Shown here piece after piece: positions 35,808 through 45,404 of a stretch of DNA of 64,000 nt. Under the pieces are notes generated by a model. It was not told the DNA's origin and ran no database searches. It worked only from the letters and a program-made list of their open reading frames with translations. Within the stretch, counting starts at the first letter, position 1, and each line of letters opens with the position of its first letter. Both the position numbers and the translations under genes were made by a program. Location of the stretch: positions 1,525,994 through 1,589,993 of the forward strand of contig OY843611.1 of NCBI GenBank assembly GCA_963692995.1, given 5' to 3'. This DNA is from Dehalococcoidia bacterium. Lineage in GTDB: Bacteria; Chloroflexota; Dehalococcoidia; Lucifugimonadales; UBA3495.

Positions 35808-36935
35808 ATGCCCCGGGCCGCCTTTATCTACGATGATGCCATGAGCCAGCACGTGCTGCGCGCCGACCACCCCATGCGCCCGATCCGCCTGCGTCGCACC
35901 TACGAACTGTTGGACGCGTACGGCGCATTCGACGGAGTAGACTCGTTGCTGGTCTCCCCGACCCTGGCCGACGAAACCAGCGTCGGAGCATTCCACTCTC
36001 CGGACTACATGGCTGCTGTGCGAACTTTCAGCTTGGGTCTAACCGGCTATCAGGCCCAACGGTTTGGTTTCGCCCAGGGCGGAGACAACCCCACCTACCC
36101 GGGCATGTACGAAGCGGCCCTGCTCAGCGCCGGCGCTACCCTGACCGCTGCCCGAATGGTGGCGGATGGCGAAGTCCCGGCAGCATTCAACATCAGTGGC
36201 GGTCTCCACCACGCCGCGGCCCGGCGCGCCAGCGGTTTTTGCGTGTTCAACGATCCGGTACTTGCCATAATGTACCTGCTTGATCGAGGGTTGCGGGTCG
36301 CTTACGTGGACATCGATGCCCACCATGGCGACGGAGTCCAGGACGCCTTCTATAACGACCCCAGGGTATTGACCATTTCGGTCCACGAGTCGGGCCGGTT
36401 TCTGTTTCCCGGCACCGGCTTCGCCGGAGAGACCGGCGCCGGCGAAGGCATCGGTTACGCCGTTAACCTTCCTCTATACCCCTACACGGACGACGAGATC
36501 TATCTGGACGCATTTGAAGCCGTCGTGCCGCCCTTGTTGCAGGCATTCGCACCCGACGTCCTGCTCACCCAATTGGGCATCGATTCCTATCACACAGATC
36601 CGTTGACCCACTTGCAGGTGACTAGCCGGGGCTTCATCGCGGCGGTGACCCGTCTCGGCGCTTTGGGCTATCCCTGGCTGGCTACCGGAGGTGGCGGATA
36701 CGACATCGGCGCAGTGGCGCGCTGTTGGAGCCTGGCCTACGGCATCATGTGCGGCACGGAGTGGCCCGACCGCATTCCGACTATTGCGGTGGAGTCCTTG
36801 GGGAAGACCAGCCTCCGGGATACTGAGGTTCCCGACATACCCCCGCACATACGGGCCGACGCCAGGGCTCTGGCTGCGGAGAGCGTTGCGGCGATTAGGG
36901 ACGCAGTGTTCCCGGTTCACGGCCTGGACCCGTAG
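35808..36935 (+). CDS. Histone deacetylase family protein (AcuC/acetoin utilisation-type deacetylase)
   Basis: GGAGGA SD; GGLHHA, YVDIDAHHGDGVQ, GGGGY motifs. Confidence 0.85.
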   Translation: MPRAAFIYDDAMSQHVLRADHPMRPIRLRRTYELLDAYGAFDGVDSLLVSPTLADETSVGAFHSPDYMAAVRTFSLGLTGYQAQRFGFAQGGDNPTYPGMYEAALLSAGATLTAARMVADGEVPAAFNISGGLHHAAARRASGFCVFNDPVLAIMYLLDRGLRVAYVDIDAHHGDGVQDAFYNDPRVLTISVHESGRFLFPGTGFAGETGAGEGIGYAVNLPLYPYTDDEIYLDAFEAVVPPLLQAFAPDVLLTQLGIDSYHTDPLTHLQVTSRGFIAAVTRLGALGYPWLATGGGGYDIGAVARCWSLAYGIMCGTEWPDRIPTIAVESLGKTSLRDTEVPDIPPHIRADARALAAESVAAIRDAVFPVHGLDP

Positions 36936-37126
36936 CCCGGCATGGCGATGGTGTATAATTAGCCGCCGTTCCGACCGCCCGGAGGGAGGCCGTTATGGCC
37001 CGCCTGCACCAGCACGATACTGACCTTGCCGATACAGCCGGCCATGCGCCGGCCTCAACCGCCCGGCAGTTGGCATTAACCCTTGACGGCCAATCGGATT
37101 GCGCCGGAGCTTGGGAAGACACGGCA

Positions 37127-38239
37127 ATGCCCAGCCCCGCCGTCGAAAACCCCGATTATCTAACGCGGCAGTTGCTTACCTACATCGGCAACAAGCGCGC
37201 TTTGCTGGGTTATATAGGCGATGCCGTACACCGGGTCAAGCAGAGACTGGGCAAAGACCGATTGCGGGCGCTGGACGCTTTCAGTGGTTCCGGAGTAGTA
37301 TCCCGTTTCCTGAAAGCCCACTCCTCCTTGCTCATCAGCAATGACATTGAGGATTACGCCGCCGTTATCAATCGCTGCTACTTGCGCAACAGGAGTACGG
37401 TTGATTATGACCGGATATCGGGGATAGTGGCCGACTTGAACGACCGAGTTGACCACGAGACCTTTCCCAAAGGGTTTATTGAGGAACTCTATGCTCCCCA
37501 AGACGAAAGCAGCATCACCTCGACCGACCGGGTTTTCTATACCGTCAGCAATGCCCGCCGTCTGGACAATTATCGTCGGCTGATCGACGACACGCCGGCG
37601 GACACCCGCGATATGTTACTTGCGTCGCTGCTCAATAAGGCGTCGGTTCACGCTAACAATGCTGGCGTGTTCAAAGGATTCTACAAGAACCGCCACACCG
37701 GAATCGGACAATATGGCGGTACGTCATCCGATGCCCTGCGGCGTATCAAAGGCAGAATTGATCTGGAAGCGCCGATACTGAGCCGCTTCGAATGTGAGTC
37801 CCAAATATTCCAGGAAGATGCCAACCAACTTGCGAAGCGAATCGGCGGCTTCGATTTGGCCTATATCGATCCCCCGTACAACCAGCATCCCTACGGATCC
37901 AACTACTTTATGCTTAACCTGCTGCTGCATTATCAGCGCCCGGACCACATCAGCCGGGTGTCGGGCATACCAACGAACTGGCGGCGCTCCGGATACAACG
38001 TGCGGGCGAAATCGCTGCCGTTGCTACAGCAGCTGCTTGCGACGCTGGACGCCCGGTTTCTATTAGTGTCCTTCAATAACGAGGGTTTCATAAAGCCGGA
38101 GGCAACGCGGGCAATGCTAGGAGACATCGGTTCCGTGGAGGTTATGGAAACGCGTTACAATACCTACCGCGGCAGTCGAAATCTCCGTGGCCGCTCGATA
38201 CACGTAACCGAGCAACTTTTCCTCGTTGAAAAGAAGTGA
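37127..38239 (+). CDS. N6-adenine DNA methyltransferase (motif I before DPPY; Dam/D12-like order)
   Basis: LLTYIGNKRALL, LDAFSGSGVVS (FxGxG), IDPPYNQHPYGSNY (motif IV); start at internal ATG 37127 of ORF 36995..38239. Confidence 0.8.
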   Translation: MPSPAVENPDYLTRQLLTYIGNKRALLGYIGDAVHRVKQRLGKDRLRALDAFSGSGVVSRFLKAHSSLLISNDIEDYAAVINRCYLRNRSTVDYDRISGIVADLNDRVDHETFPKGFIEELYAPQDESSITSTDRVFYTVSNARRLDNYRRLIDDTPADTRDMLLASLLNKASVHANNAGVFKGFYKNRHTGIGQYGGTSSDALRRIKGRIDLEAPILSRFECESQIFQEDANQLAKRIGGFDLAYIDPPYNQHPYGSNYFMLNLLLHYQRPDHISRVSGIPTNWRRSGYNVRAKSLPLLQQLLATLDARFLLVSFNNEGFIKPEATRAMLGDIGSVEVMETRYNTYRGSRNLRGRSIHVTEQLFLVEKK

Positions 38240-38246
38240 TGATACC

Positions 38247-38825
38247 ATGGCGCGCAGTGAGCAACTCCGGGGCCAACGCGGCGAAATCGTCAGGGAACTT
38301 CGGGGCGTCTATCCCGACGTTGATTTCAACTATCATTTTGATTCCAGCAAAATAAGTCCAGACGGCGGCTTTCTCTGCATCCGTGGTCGGAGTGGTGACC
38401 AGTTGACCTATCCGATTATGATTTCGGAAGTCAAGAACCAGGGAACTAACGACAGAAGGGCTAGCGAGGGTTTGGCAAGGCAAGCACGTGGCACTGCTAT
38501 TGAGCGTCTTGGCAAAAACCTCATCGGCTTGCGGACAGCTCTTATGCGGGAAAGTATCTTCCCGTTTGTTTGCTTCGGCTATGGGTGCGATTTCTAAGCG
38601 ATTTCCTCAATCTTAGACCGCGTTTCAACGATGGCGATGTTCGGCGAGCTGAACAAAACCTACCTGCACAACCTAGAGGACGGCAAATTCAACCGGGGCA
38701 GTTTTTATTTTCGAGAGGAACCTTGGACTGTGCCCGAAATGAGCGCAGTGATGAAGGACATAGCGGAGCGTTCGGTGCAGTATTACTTCTCGAAGTACCG
38801 TGAAGAGCGCTTTCGGCTACCGTAG
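38247..38825 (+). pseudogene. EcoRI-family type II restriction endonuclease with an in-frame TAA at 38595-38597
   Basis: ORFs 38226..38597 and 38631..38825 are in the same frame. ISPDGG...ISEVKNQG (PD..ExK) and GTAIERLGKN match my recollection of EcoRI IKPDGG...AEAKHQG and GNAIERSHKN. ATG lies 7 nt after the methylase stop. Confidence 0.7.
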
Positions 38826-38844
38826 CCATCAAACGCGCTCGGCC

Positions 38845-39711
38845 TCACGGCCTGGACGTGTAGCCCTGGCGGCTGGGCGGCAAACAACGCACCGCAGTTG
38901 TTATGAAACCGCTGTGGCCCACCATGCGATGGGCCGGGCGGACGCTGCGCCGCGAAACGTTCCAGCCCCTTTGCAGTGTCTCCGCCGTCTCCACCCGGCT
39001 AAAGCGTCCGTCCTCGTGCAACGCCAGTACCAGCTCCTGCACCTGTATGATGGTCGGAAGAAATGACAGCAGAATGCCTCCGGTGACCAGCGCTTCCGCC
39101 GCCGCCGTCAGCGCCCTCCACGGCTCGGGGAGGTCAAGTATCACCCGATCCACCGGAGTTCCCGCGATACCGTCGCCGATGTCCTCGGGCCTCACCTCCA
39201 GCCGGGAGATGTCCGGGATGACCGATTTCACGTTAGCCAGGGCTTTGGGGATAACGGCTTCGTTGATTTCGTAAGTGAGAACGCGCCCGGCGGGGCCAAC
39301 CGCACGCAGCAGGGCCGTCGTAAGGGCGCCGGAGCCAAAACCCGCCTCTGCCACGATGGCCCCGGGGAAAATGTCCGCCATCGATACGATGTTGCCCAAA
39401 TCCTTGGCATAAATGACCTGGGGGCCTCGCGGCATTAAACGCACATAGTCGCCCAGCGTCGGCCGTATCCCCAGCATCACGTGCCCGCGACTCGTGGTGT
39501 ACCATCCTCCCGCCGGCTGGCCGATCACCGCGTCGTGGGCGACCCACCCCAAGTGGCAATGGAATTGCCCCCCCGGGGTCAGCGCCTCCTGGTAGGTTCG
39601 TCCCTTGCGATCCAGGAAGAGCGCGAGTTCGCCGGCACGGAAAAGACTATGGTTTGCGCCACCGTCCCGGCCGGCGTCGTCGATGTTGGTGTCATCAGCG
39701 GATGCATTCAT
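38845..39711 (-). CDS. trmI: tRNA (adenine58-N1)-methyltransferase TrmI/GCD14 family
   Basis: PRGPQVIYAKDLGNI, VAEAGFGSGALTTAL, VILDLPEPW. Confidence 0.8.
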   Translation of the reverse strand: MNASADDTNIDDAGRDGGANHSLFRAGELALFLDRKGRTYQEALTPGGQFHCHLGWVAHDAVIGQPAGGWYTTSRGHVMLGIRPTLGDYVRLMPRGPQVIYAKDLGNIVSMADIFPGAIVAEAGFGSGALTTALLRAVGPAGRVLTYEINEAVIPKALANVKSVIPDISRLEVRPEDIGDGIAGTPVDRVILDLPEPWRALTAAAEALVTGGILLSFLPTIIQVQELVLALHEDGRFSRVETAETLQRGWNVSRRSVRPAHRMVGHSGFITTAVRCLPPSRQGYTSRP

Positions 39712-39731
39712 TGGTGTATTATACAGCCGTT

Positions 39732-40130
39732 ATGCAGGAGCGAACTTTCACACTGGCTGAAGCCAACGACTTGGTGCCGTGGCTCGAAGAGCGCTTCCAG
39801 GCCATGGCTCCGCTGCGAGCCGAGCTGCTGCGCCAGCAGGAGAGCCTGCTCGCCCTCCTCCGCCGCCGCCGTAGCAACGGCCACTCCAGCAGCGAAGAGG
39901 AAATTTCGGAGACGCAACGCATCGTGTCGCAACTCACCCAACGGTTGCAGGATGCGGTGTCCGAGATAACCAGCCGTGGCATCCTGGTACGGGACATTGG
40001 CCGTGGTTTGGTGGATTTCCCTTCCTACCGGGCTGGCGACGTGGTGCACCTGTGCTGGCAGCGCGGCGAGCCTTCCATCGACTGGTGGCATCCTACCGAT
40101 ACGGGTTTCAGCGGGCGACAACGGCTATAG
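39732..40130 (+). CDS. DUF2203 family protein
   Basis: FTLAEANDLVPWLEERF..., GILVRDIGRGLVDFPS....V.LCWQ.GE..I.WWH pattern. Confidence 0.6.
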   Translation: MQERTFTLAEANDLVPWLEERFQAMAPLRAELLRQQESLLALLRRRRSNGHSSSEEEISETQRIVSQLTQRLQDAVSEITSRGILVRDIGRGLVDFPSYRAGDVVHLCWQRGEPSIDWWHPTDTGFSGRQRL

Positions 40131-40177
40131 GATACGATGGCATGACCCACTTGGACACCTACCCTTAAGGAGTTGAT

Positions 40178-41977
40178 ATGGTTATCCGGCAGACGCCCCA
40201 AGATCTCGAACAGGGCGACGTCGCCTTGCCCGAAACCGGCCGCCCCGTCATACGCTCCCGGGAGGGAGTTATTTCTTCAGGCCATTACCTCACGTCTATG
40301 GCCGGGATGCGGATGCTGTGGGCCGGCGGAAACGCTTTTGACGCCCTGGTGGCGGCCGGGTTCGCGGCCGCGGTAGTGGAGCCAATAGCATCCTATTCCC
40401 TCGCCGCCGAAGGCGTGTTCATGCTCTACGATTCGGCCAGCGGCGACCTATTGTCCCTCAGCGGTCAAGGCGGGGCCCCGGCGGCCGCCACCGCCGATTT
40501 CTACCTCTCCCGAGGCCACCAACGAATCCCCACCGGGCCCGGCATGGACGCTCCGCTCTCCTTCACCCAGCCCGGCATCGTCGATGCGTTCATCTCCCTG
40601 CTGGAACGCTACGGCGCCATGTCCTTGGAAAAGGTCCTTGAACCGGCCATCGCCTACGCGGAAAATGGCATTCCCCATTATGAGTACATGCTGGAGCGGC
40701 TGAAGTCAACGTCGGGCCAGGAACAGTTTAACAACTTCCCTCCGGGCGGTTGGGAAGTGTTTTACCACGACCGGCGCGTTCCGCAACCCGGCTCGCTGCT
40801 GGTCCAGCCGGGACTGGCCAGCACGTTGAAGATCATGCGCGACGCCTCGCGGGCCGCCGGTTCCGGCCAGGCCGGACTACAGGCGGCCCGCGACGCATTT
40901 TACCGCGGCCCCATCGCCGACCGCATCGTAAAATCGGTGGAGAAGGTCGGCGGCATTCTGGCGCTGGACGATCTGGCCAATTACCGCAGCCGGTTCGCCG
41001 ACCCGGTCAGCGCCAGCTTCAGCGGGCATGACATCCGAGGCCAGAGCGCCTGGACCCAAGGCCCCATGCTGATGCAAACCCTGAACATCCTGGAGAACTT
41101 CGACCTCGAAGCGATGGGACACAACAGCCCGGCCTACATCCACACCGTCGCAGAAGCCCTCAAGTTGTCCTTTGGCGACCGCGAGGCTTTTTACGGCGAC
41201 CCGGACTTTGTCGAAGTGCCGCTGGATGGCCTCTTGTCCAAAGAATACGCCGCCGAACGCTCCCAGCTAATCGATCCGGAAGGCGCTTATCCTGCTCAAC
41301 CGGAACCCGGAGATCCGTGGCGGTACTCCCGCCGCAACGGGAAGACGGCCGCTCCCGTAATGTCCCCTCCCGCCGTGGCTCCCGATCCGTCGGCGGATGA
41401 CGGCACTACCCATGTCTCGGTGTTGGATCGGGATGGCAACATGGTCTGCGGAACCATCAGCGGCGGATCCTTCTCCAAGTCGGTGTTCTTCCCCGAAGTG
41501 GGCTGCTGCTTGAGCACGCGCATCGAGATGTTCAACTGCGAACCCGGACATCCTAACGTCGTAGAGCCCGGCAAGCGGCCTCGCACTACCTTGGTGAACT
41601 ATATCGTGTCAAAAGACGGGCAGCCGGTGATGACTTTTGGGTGTCCTGGAGGCGACAACCAAGTGCAGGCCAACGTGCAGCTTGTCCTCAATTCGCTGGT
41701 CTTCGGCATGGACCCGCAGCAGGCCGTGGAAGCGCCCAGGTTCGCCACCGCCAGCAACGTCAACTCCTTCTATCCCCACGTCTATTACCCCGGTCAACTT
41801 GACCTGGAGCCGGGGATACCCGAATCCACCGCGGACGTCTTGCGCGCTCTTGGGCACAAAATTAACCGGACCGCCAATTGCGGTCTCGGTGCAACTGTGT
41901 CGGTGCGAGACCCCAAAGATGGCTCCCTGAGTACCGGAGCCGACCCCCGCCGGGCCTGCTATGCGTTGGCGCTCTAA
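40178..41977 (+). CDS. ggt: Gamma-glutamyltransferase family protein
   Basis: 599 aa; GGNAFDA, autoprocessing/nucleophile site DGTTHVSVLD, GGDNQ. Confidence 0.8.
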   Translation: MVIRQTPQDLEQGDVALPETGRPVIRSREGVISSGHYLTSMAGMRMLWAGGNAFDALVAAGFAAAVVEPIASYSLAAEGVFMLYDSASGDLLSLSGQGGAPAAATADFYLSRGHQRIPTGPGMDAPLSFTQPGIVDAFISLLERYGAMSLEKVLEPAIAYAENGIPHYEYMLERLKSTSGQEQFNNFPPGGWEVFYHDRRVPQPGSLLVQPGLASTLKIMRDASRAAGSGQAGLQAARDAFYRGPIADRIVKSVEKVGGILALDDLANYRSRFADPVSASFSGHDIRGQSAWTQGPMLMQTLNILENFDLEAMGHNSPAYIHTVAEALKLSFGDREAFYGDPDFVEVPLDGLLSKEYAAERSQLIDPEGAYPAQPEPGDPWRYSRRNGKTAAPVMSPPAVAPDPSADDGTTHVSVLDRDGNMVCGTISGGSFSKSVFFPEVGCCLSTRIEMFNCEPGHPNVVEPGKRPRTTLVNYIVSKDGQPVMTFGCPGGDNQVQANVQLVLNSLVFGMDPQQAVEAPRFATASNVNSFYPHVYYPGQLDLEPGIPESTADVLRALGHKINRTANCGLGATVSVRDPKDGSLSTGADPRRACYALAL

Positions 41978-42018
41978 ACATTGCTTCCGACTTCCCCCAG
42001 CCTGGCGGCTATCGAAAA

Positions 42019-42690
42019 TCAGGAGATCCGGTTGTTTGCATAATTGCAAACGTCCCGCAGACAGCATCCTTCACAACGGGGCTTGTTCTTGCTGCACGCC
42101 TCTTTGTGGTGCCGGTCCAGCAGCGCGTGGTACTCATTGTACACTCGCGCATCCGCTGGCACGCCCGCCTGGAACATATCCTGCCATCCGGCGTAATCAT
42201 CACGACCCGACGGCGTAAACCCGACCCGACGCATGATGCGAATGGTGTAGGCGTCGATAACAAACGAGGGCTTGCCGGCGGCATACAGCAGAATGTCGTC
42301 CGCGGTCTCCGGCCCGATCCCGTAGATGCTCAGCAGTTCCCGGCGCAAAGCGGCGGTATCGGCCGCAAACATCGCGTCAAGATCGCCGCCGTAATTCAGG
42401 CACACGTGGGCGGCGAAAGCCTTGAGCTTGCGCGCCTTGGCATTGTAGTACCCCGACGGGCGCACCAATTTTGCCAGCTCTGCCTCGCCCATATGATGGA
42501 CTGCCGGCCAGTCGTGGATTCCGCCGGCCTTCAGGTTGGTCAGCGCCCGCTCAACGTTGCGCCACGCCGCCGCCTGGGTCAAGATTGCCCCGGCAATCAT
42601 CTCAAAACGGCTGTCTCCGGGCCACCAGCCCTGCGGGCCATAAGCGTCGAGCAGACGGCGGTAGATCTCTTTCAGAAAACCGGCCCGCAT
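42019..42690 (-). CDS. Endonuclease III-related HhH-GPD protein with Fe-S cluster loop
   Basis: LLSIYGIGPETADDILLY (HhH-GPD), C-terminal CSKNKPRCEGCCLRDVC. Confidence 0.75.
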   Translation of the reverse strand: MRAGFLKEIYRRLLDAYGPQGWWPGDSRFEMIAGAILTQAAAWRNVERALTNLKAGGIHDWPAVHHMGEAELAKLVRPSGYYNAKARKLKAFAAHVCLNYGGDLDAMFAADTAALRRELLSIYGIGPETADDILLYAAGKPSFVIDAYTIRIMRRVGFTPSGRDDYAGWQDMFQAGVPADARVYNEYHALLDRHHKEACSKNKPRCEGCCLRDVCNYANNRIS

Positions 42691-42712
42691 ATCTCAAACA
42701 CCCCTTGGAACA

Positions 42713-43402
42713 TCACAGTCGTACCGGAACCTCGTCGGCGAGAACGATGCTCCGTTCATCAACTCGGCATCGGTACGCCCACGTTTTTACACCGGACGCT
42801 ACGGCCTCCCGGAGCGTGGCCCCCAACAACGGATCTGCCAGGTCATGGGGAGCGAAGGCGCTGGCGTCGGCGCGCTGAATCACGAAAATCACCGCCGCTT
42901 CGTGACCGGCCTCCCGCGCCGCCATCAGGCTATGCAAATGCTTGACCCCGCGCAGCGTGGGCGCGTCAGGGAAAAGGGCCACTCCATTCTGAACCAGCGT
43001 AACCGATTTGGTCTCTACGTAGCACGAACCGTCCGGTCCTTCCAGCAGGAAATCCAGCCGGCTCGCGCCGAAAACCTTCTCCGGGCGAACCACCGGGTAA
43101 CTGCCAAATTGCGGCAAGCGATCTTCGGCCATGGCCTCGGCGAGCAATTTATTGGGAAGGCGCGCGTCGGCGGAGGACAAGACATCGCCAATGTCAACCA
43201 ACGCCAGGTCGTAAGCGGTTTTCCGGGACGCCGACGCCGGAGCCGGCGCTAATAGCACTCGATAGCCCGGCGCCAGCAGTTCGCGCATCCGACCCGAATT
43301 TGGCACGTGGGCGAGATGTTCCTTGCGGTCAACATCCACCAACGCGGCGAACCGGTTGAGCCGCTTGATGAACCGACCTTCTACCAGCGGAGGAAAACGC
43401 AA
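42713..43402 (-). CDS. sfsA: Sugar fermentation stimulation protein A homolog
   Basis: EGRFIKRLNRFAALVDV....AHVPNSGRMRELL, YVETKSVTL. Confidence 0.8.
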   Translation of the reverse strand: MRFPPLVEGRFIKRLNRFAALVDVDRKEHLAHVPNSGRMRELLAPGYRVLLAPAPASASRKTAYDLALVDIGDVLSSADARLPNKLLAEAMAEDRLPQFGSYPVVRPEKVFGASRLDFLLEGPDGSCYVETKSVTLVQNGVALFPDAPTLRGVKHLHSLMAAREAGHEAAVIFVIQRADASAFAPHDLADPLLGATLREAVASGVKTWAYRCRVDERSIVLADEVPVRL

Positions 43403-43622
43403 TGTACCGGCTCCTGAGTTGATCGGCCTGGCCGATCCGCCTGATTGTGCACGCCCAATCCTAACAACGATTTGGTGCGACTCGCAATCAAAATGCGGCG
43501 CCCCCAGCTATAGATTTGGCAAATCTGACGGCGCCGCCCAAAACGGGCTATAATCCTGTAACCTGGCGGGCCGAATGGGCCCTGCCGCCACCCAGCAAGG
43601 CAACGACAGGAGGCAAGCGCAT

Positions 43623-44594
43623 ATGGCAGTACGAGTCCTGGACGTCCATGCCCATATCATGCCGGAGAGCGCGTTGCGGGCGATGCAGAGCGGAGAAAAC
43701 TGGTTCGGAGTCAGCGCGCCCGTGCTATACAACCAGCACCGCTACAATCCCCGCACCTTCTGGACGCCGGAGCAACGTCTGGCCGACATGGATTCTCTCG
43801 GGGTGGATGTCCATGTGCTTTCCACCAACGCCAATATGTACTTTTACGATTTAGGCGTTGACCAAACCATTGACATACATCGGGAGTGCAACGACCACGT
43901 GGCTCGACTTGTCGATGAATACCCCAACCGTTTCGCCGGCTTGGCTCACCTTCCCATGCAGGATGTGAACGCGGCTACGGAGGAGTTGACCCGAGCGGTA
44001 CAGGAACTCGGATTGAAGGGCGCCATGATCGGCGATCACGTCAATGGACGCGCCTTCGACGATGCATCCTTCAACCCCTTGTGGGCCGCCGCAGAACGCT
44101 TGGGCGCCCTGCTCCTCATCCACCAAGGCGGAGGAACCGTAGTCTCGCCCCGCCTGGACCGCTACCACCTGCCCAATACCATTGGCAACCTGGCCGACCG
44201 GGCCGTAACCTTCGCGTCCTTCGTATTCGGTGGCGTCATGGACCGCTACCCCAACCTCAACATATGCCTTTGTCACGGCGGGGGTTATGCGTGCTACGGT
44301 ATCGGACGCATGGATCGTGGCTGGCAAGTCCGCCCGGAAGCCCGGGCTAACATTGACCAACCGCCCAGCGCGTACCTCAACCGTTTCTACTACGATTGCC
44401 TCACCCACAGCGAGGAAGCCTTGCGGATGCTCATCGACATGGTGGGTATTGAGCGAGTGTTCTTCGGCACGGACTGGCCTTTCGATATGTGCGCCGATTG
44501 GCCGGTTTCCTGGTTGCTGGGTTTGGAGAGCCTGTCTCGCCACGAAAAGGACGCCATTCTTTTCGTAAACTTGGAGCGTCTGTTGCACATCTGA
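43623..44594 (+). CDS. Amidohydrolase_2 (ACMSD-like decarboxylase/hydrolase) family protein
   Basis: VLDVHAHIMPE N-terminal metal motif, LLIHQGG, FGTDWPF. Confidence 0.75.
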   Translation: MAVRVLDVHAHIMPESALRAMQSGENWFGVSAPVLYNQHRYNPRTFWTPEQRLADMDSLGVDVHVLSTNANMYFYDLGVDQTIDIHRECNDHVARLVDEYPNRFAGLAHLPMQDVNAATEELTRAVQELGLKGAMIGDHVNGRAFDDASFNPLWAAAERLGALLLIHQGGGTVVSPRLDRYHLPNTIGNLADRAVTFASFVFGGVMDRYPNLNICLCHGGGYACYGIGRMDRGWQVRPEARANIDQPPSAYLNRFYYDCLTHSEEALRMLIDMVGIERVFFGTDWPFDMCADWPVSWLLGLESLSRHEKDAILFVNLERLLHI

Positions 44595-44635
44595 ACGGTC
44601 GCCACTACCTGCTCACCCAAAACGGAGGACGTAAA

Positions 44636-45031
44636 ATGGGACTCAATGCCGACAGCATCCGCCTCAAGGCCATCAACCACATCACTTACAATGTTCGGAA
44701 CAAAGATATCGCCTTGCAGTGGTATCAGGAAGTCCTGGGCGTCAAGCAAATTCCGAAGATGGTGGACAGCGACAACCTCTACTGGTTGCAGCTTCCCAGC
44801 GGCGCGATGGTCCACATCATAGAAAACCCCGACGCCCCGTCCGCGCCGTCCCACCACACCGCCTTCGAGGTGGACGACATCGCTGCCGCCCGCGACGAGT
44901 TGCAGAACATCGGCGTGGAGTGCACCGACATCCAGACCCGCCACGACGGGCAGCAGGCCTTCTACTTCCACGACCCGGACCACAACCGCCTGGAAATCTG
45001 CACCAAGTCGGGGTTCGGCGTGCTGGTGTAG
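44636..45031 (+). CDS. VOC/glyoxalase family protein
   Basis: GGAGGA SD; INHITYNVRN....FYQEVLG, HHTAFEVDD, FYFHDPDHNRLEI. Confidence 0.75.
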   Translation: MGLNADSIRLKAINHITYNVRNKDIALQWYQEVLGVKQIPKMVDSDNLYWLQLPSGAMVHIIENPDAPSAPSHHTAFEVDDIAAARDELQNIGVECTDIQTRHDGQQAFYFHDPDHNRLEICTKSGFGVLV

Positions 45032-45059
45032 TCGGAGGTCCGAGCTCGGGCGTCTGCCG

Positions 45060-45080
45060 GGGCGGGCCTTGCGCCCGCCC
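45060..45080. terminator. GC-rich hairpin between convergent genes
   Basis: GGGCGGGC-CTTGC-GCCCGCCC (8-bp perfect stem) followed by TT; lies between the VOC stop (45031) and the stop of the minus-strand small ORF (45081). Confidence 0.5.
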
Positions 45081-45395
45081 TTACGGTCTCCCCATAGAAT
45101 AGCGATTCAAAATCCCCAGGTAAGCCCGCTGCCCTTCGTTGGCGATTGCCGGTCGGTCGGCCTGGTACTCGGCCCAAACGGATTGCGTGAGCGCCGTTGC
45201 TTTGCCCGCCGATTTGTAAGGGTTCACCGGATCCAACCCGGCGTATGCCTGCATACGGGCGGCTATGGACTTGGGGCTGCGTTCCAGCGCGGAAGCCAGC
45301 GCCGTCACCTCCCGACTGTCGTGGGCAACTTTCCCCCGGTAAAGGTGCAACGCCGCCAGATCTTCCAAGCGGGTCCATTTGCGCGCGGAGGGCAT
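45081..45395 (-). CDS. Small protein resembling the N-terminal module of HNH-type putative restriction endonucleases, with no nuclease domain
   Basis: 104 aa; KWTRLEDLAALHLY...LASALERSPKSIAARMQAYAGLDP...VWAEY; AGGAG SD overlapping the stop of the upstream ParA-like gene. Confidence 0.5.
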   Translation of the reverse strand: MPSARKWTRLEDLAALHLYRGKVAHDSREVTALASALERSPKSIAARMQAYAGLDPVNPYKSAGKATALTQSVWAEYQADRPAIANEGQRAYLGILNRYSMGRP

Positions 45396-45404
45396 GGCAA
45401 GCTC

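Noticed and set aside
36954-36959. TATAAT hexamer (preceded by TG) about 170 nt upstream of the methylase start, considered as an R-M promoter
   Set aside because: There is no acceptable -35 element at 16-18 nt spacing. A lone -10 match is too weak to annotate.
38595-38597. Considered whether the in-frame stop in the REase is a programmed recoding site
   Set aside because: The codon is TAA, not TGA or TAG. I see no SECIS-like hairpin or slippery sequence, and a simple nonsense mutation (TTA to TAA) explains it.
41878-42945. 355-aa plus-strand ORF
   Set aside because: It is antisense to the endonuclease III-like and sfsA genes, both of which are recognisable.
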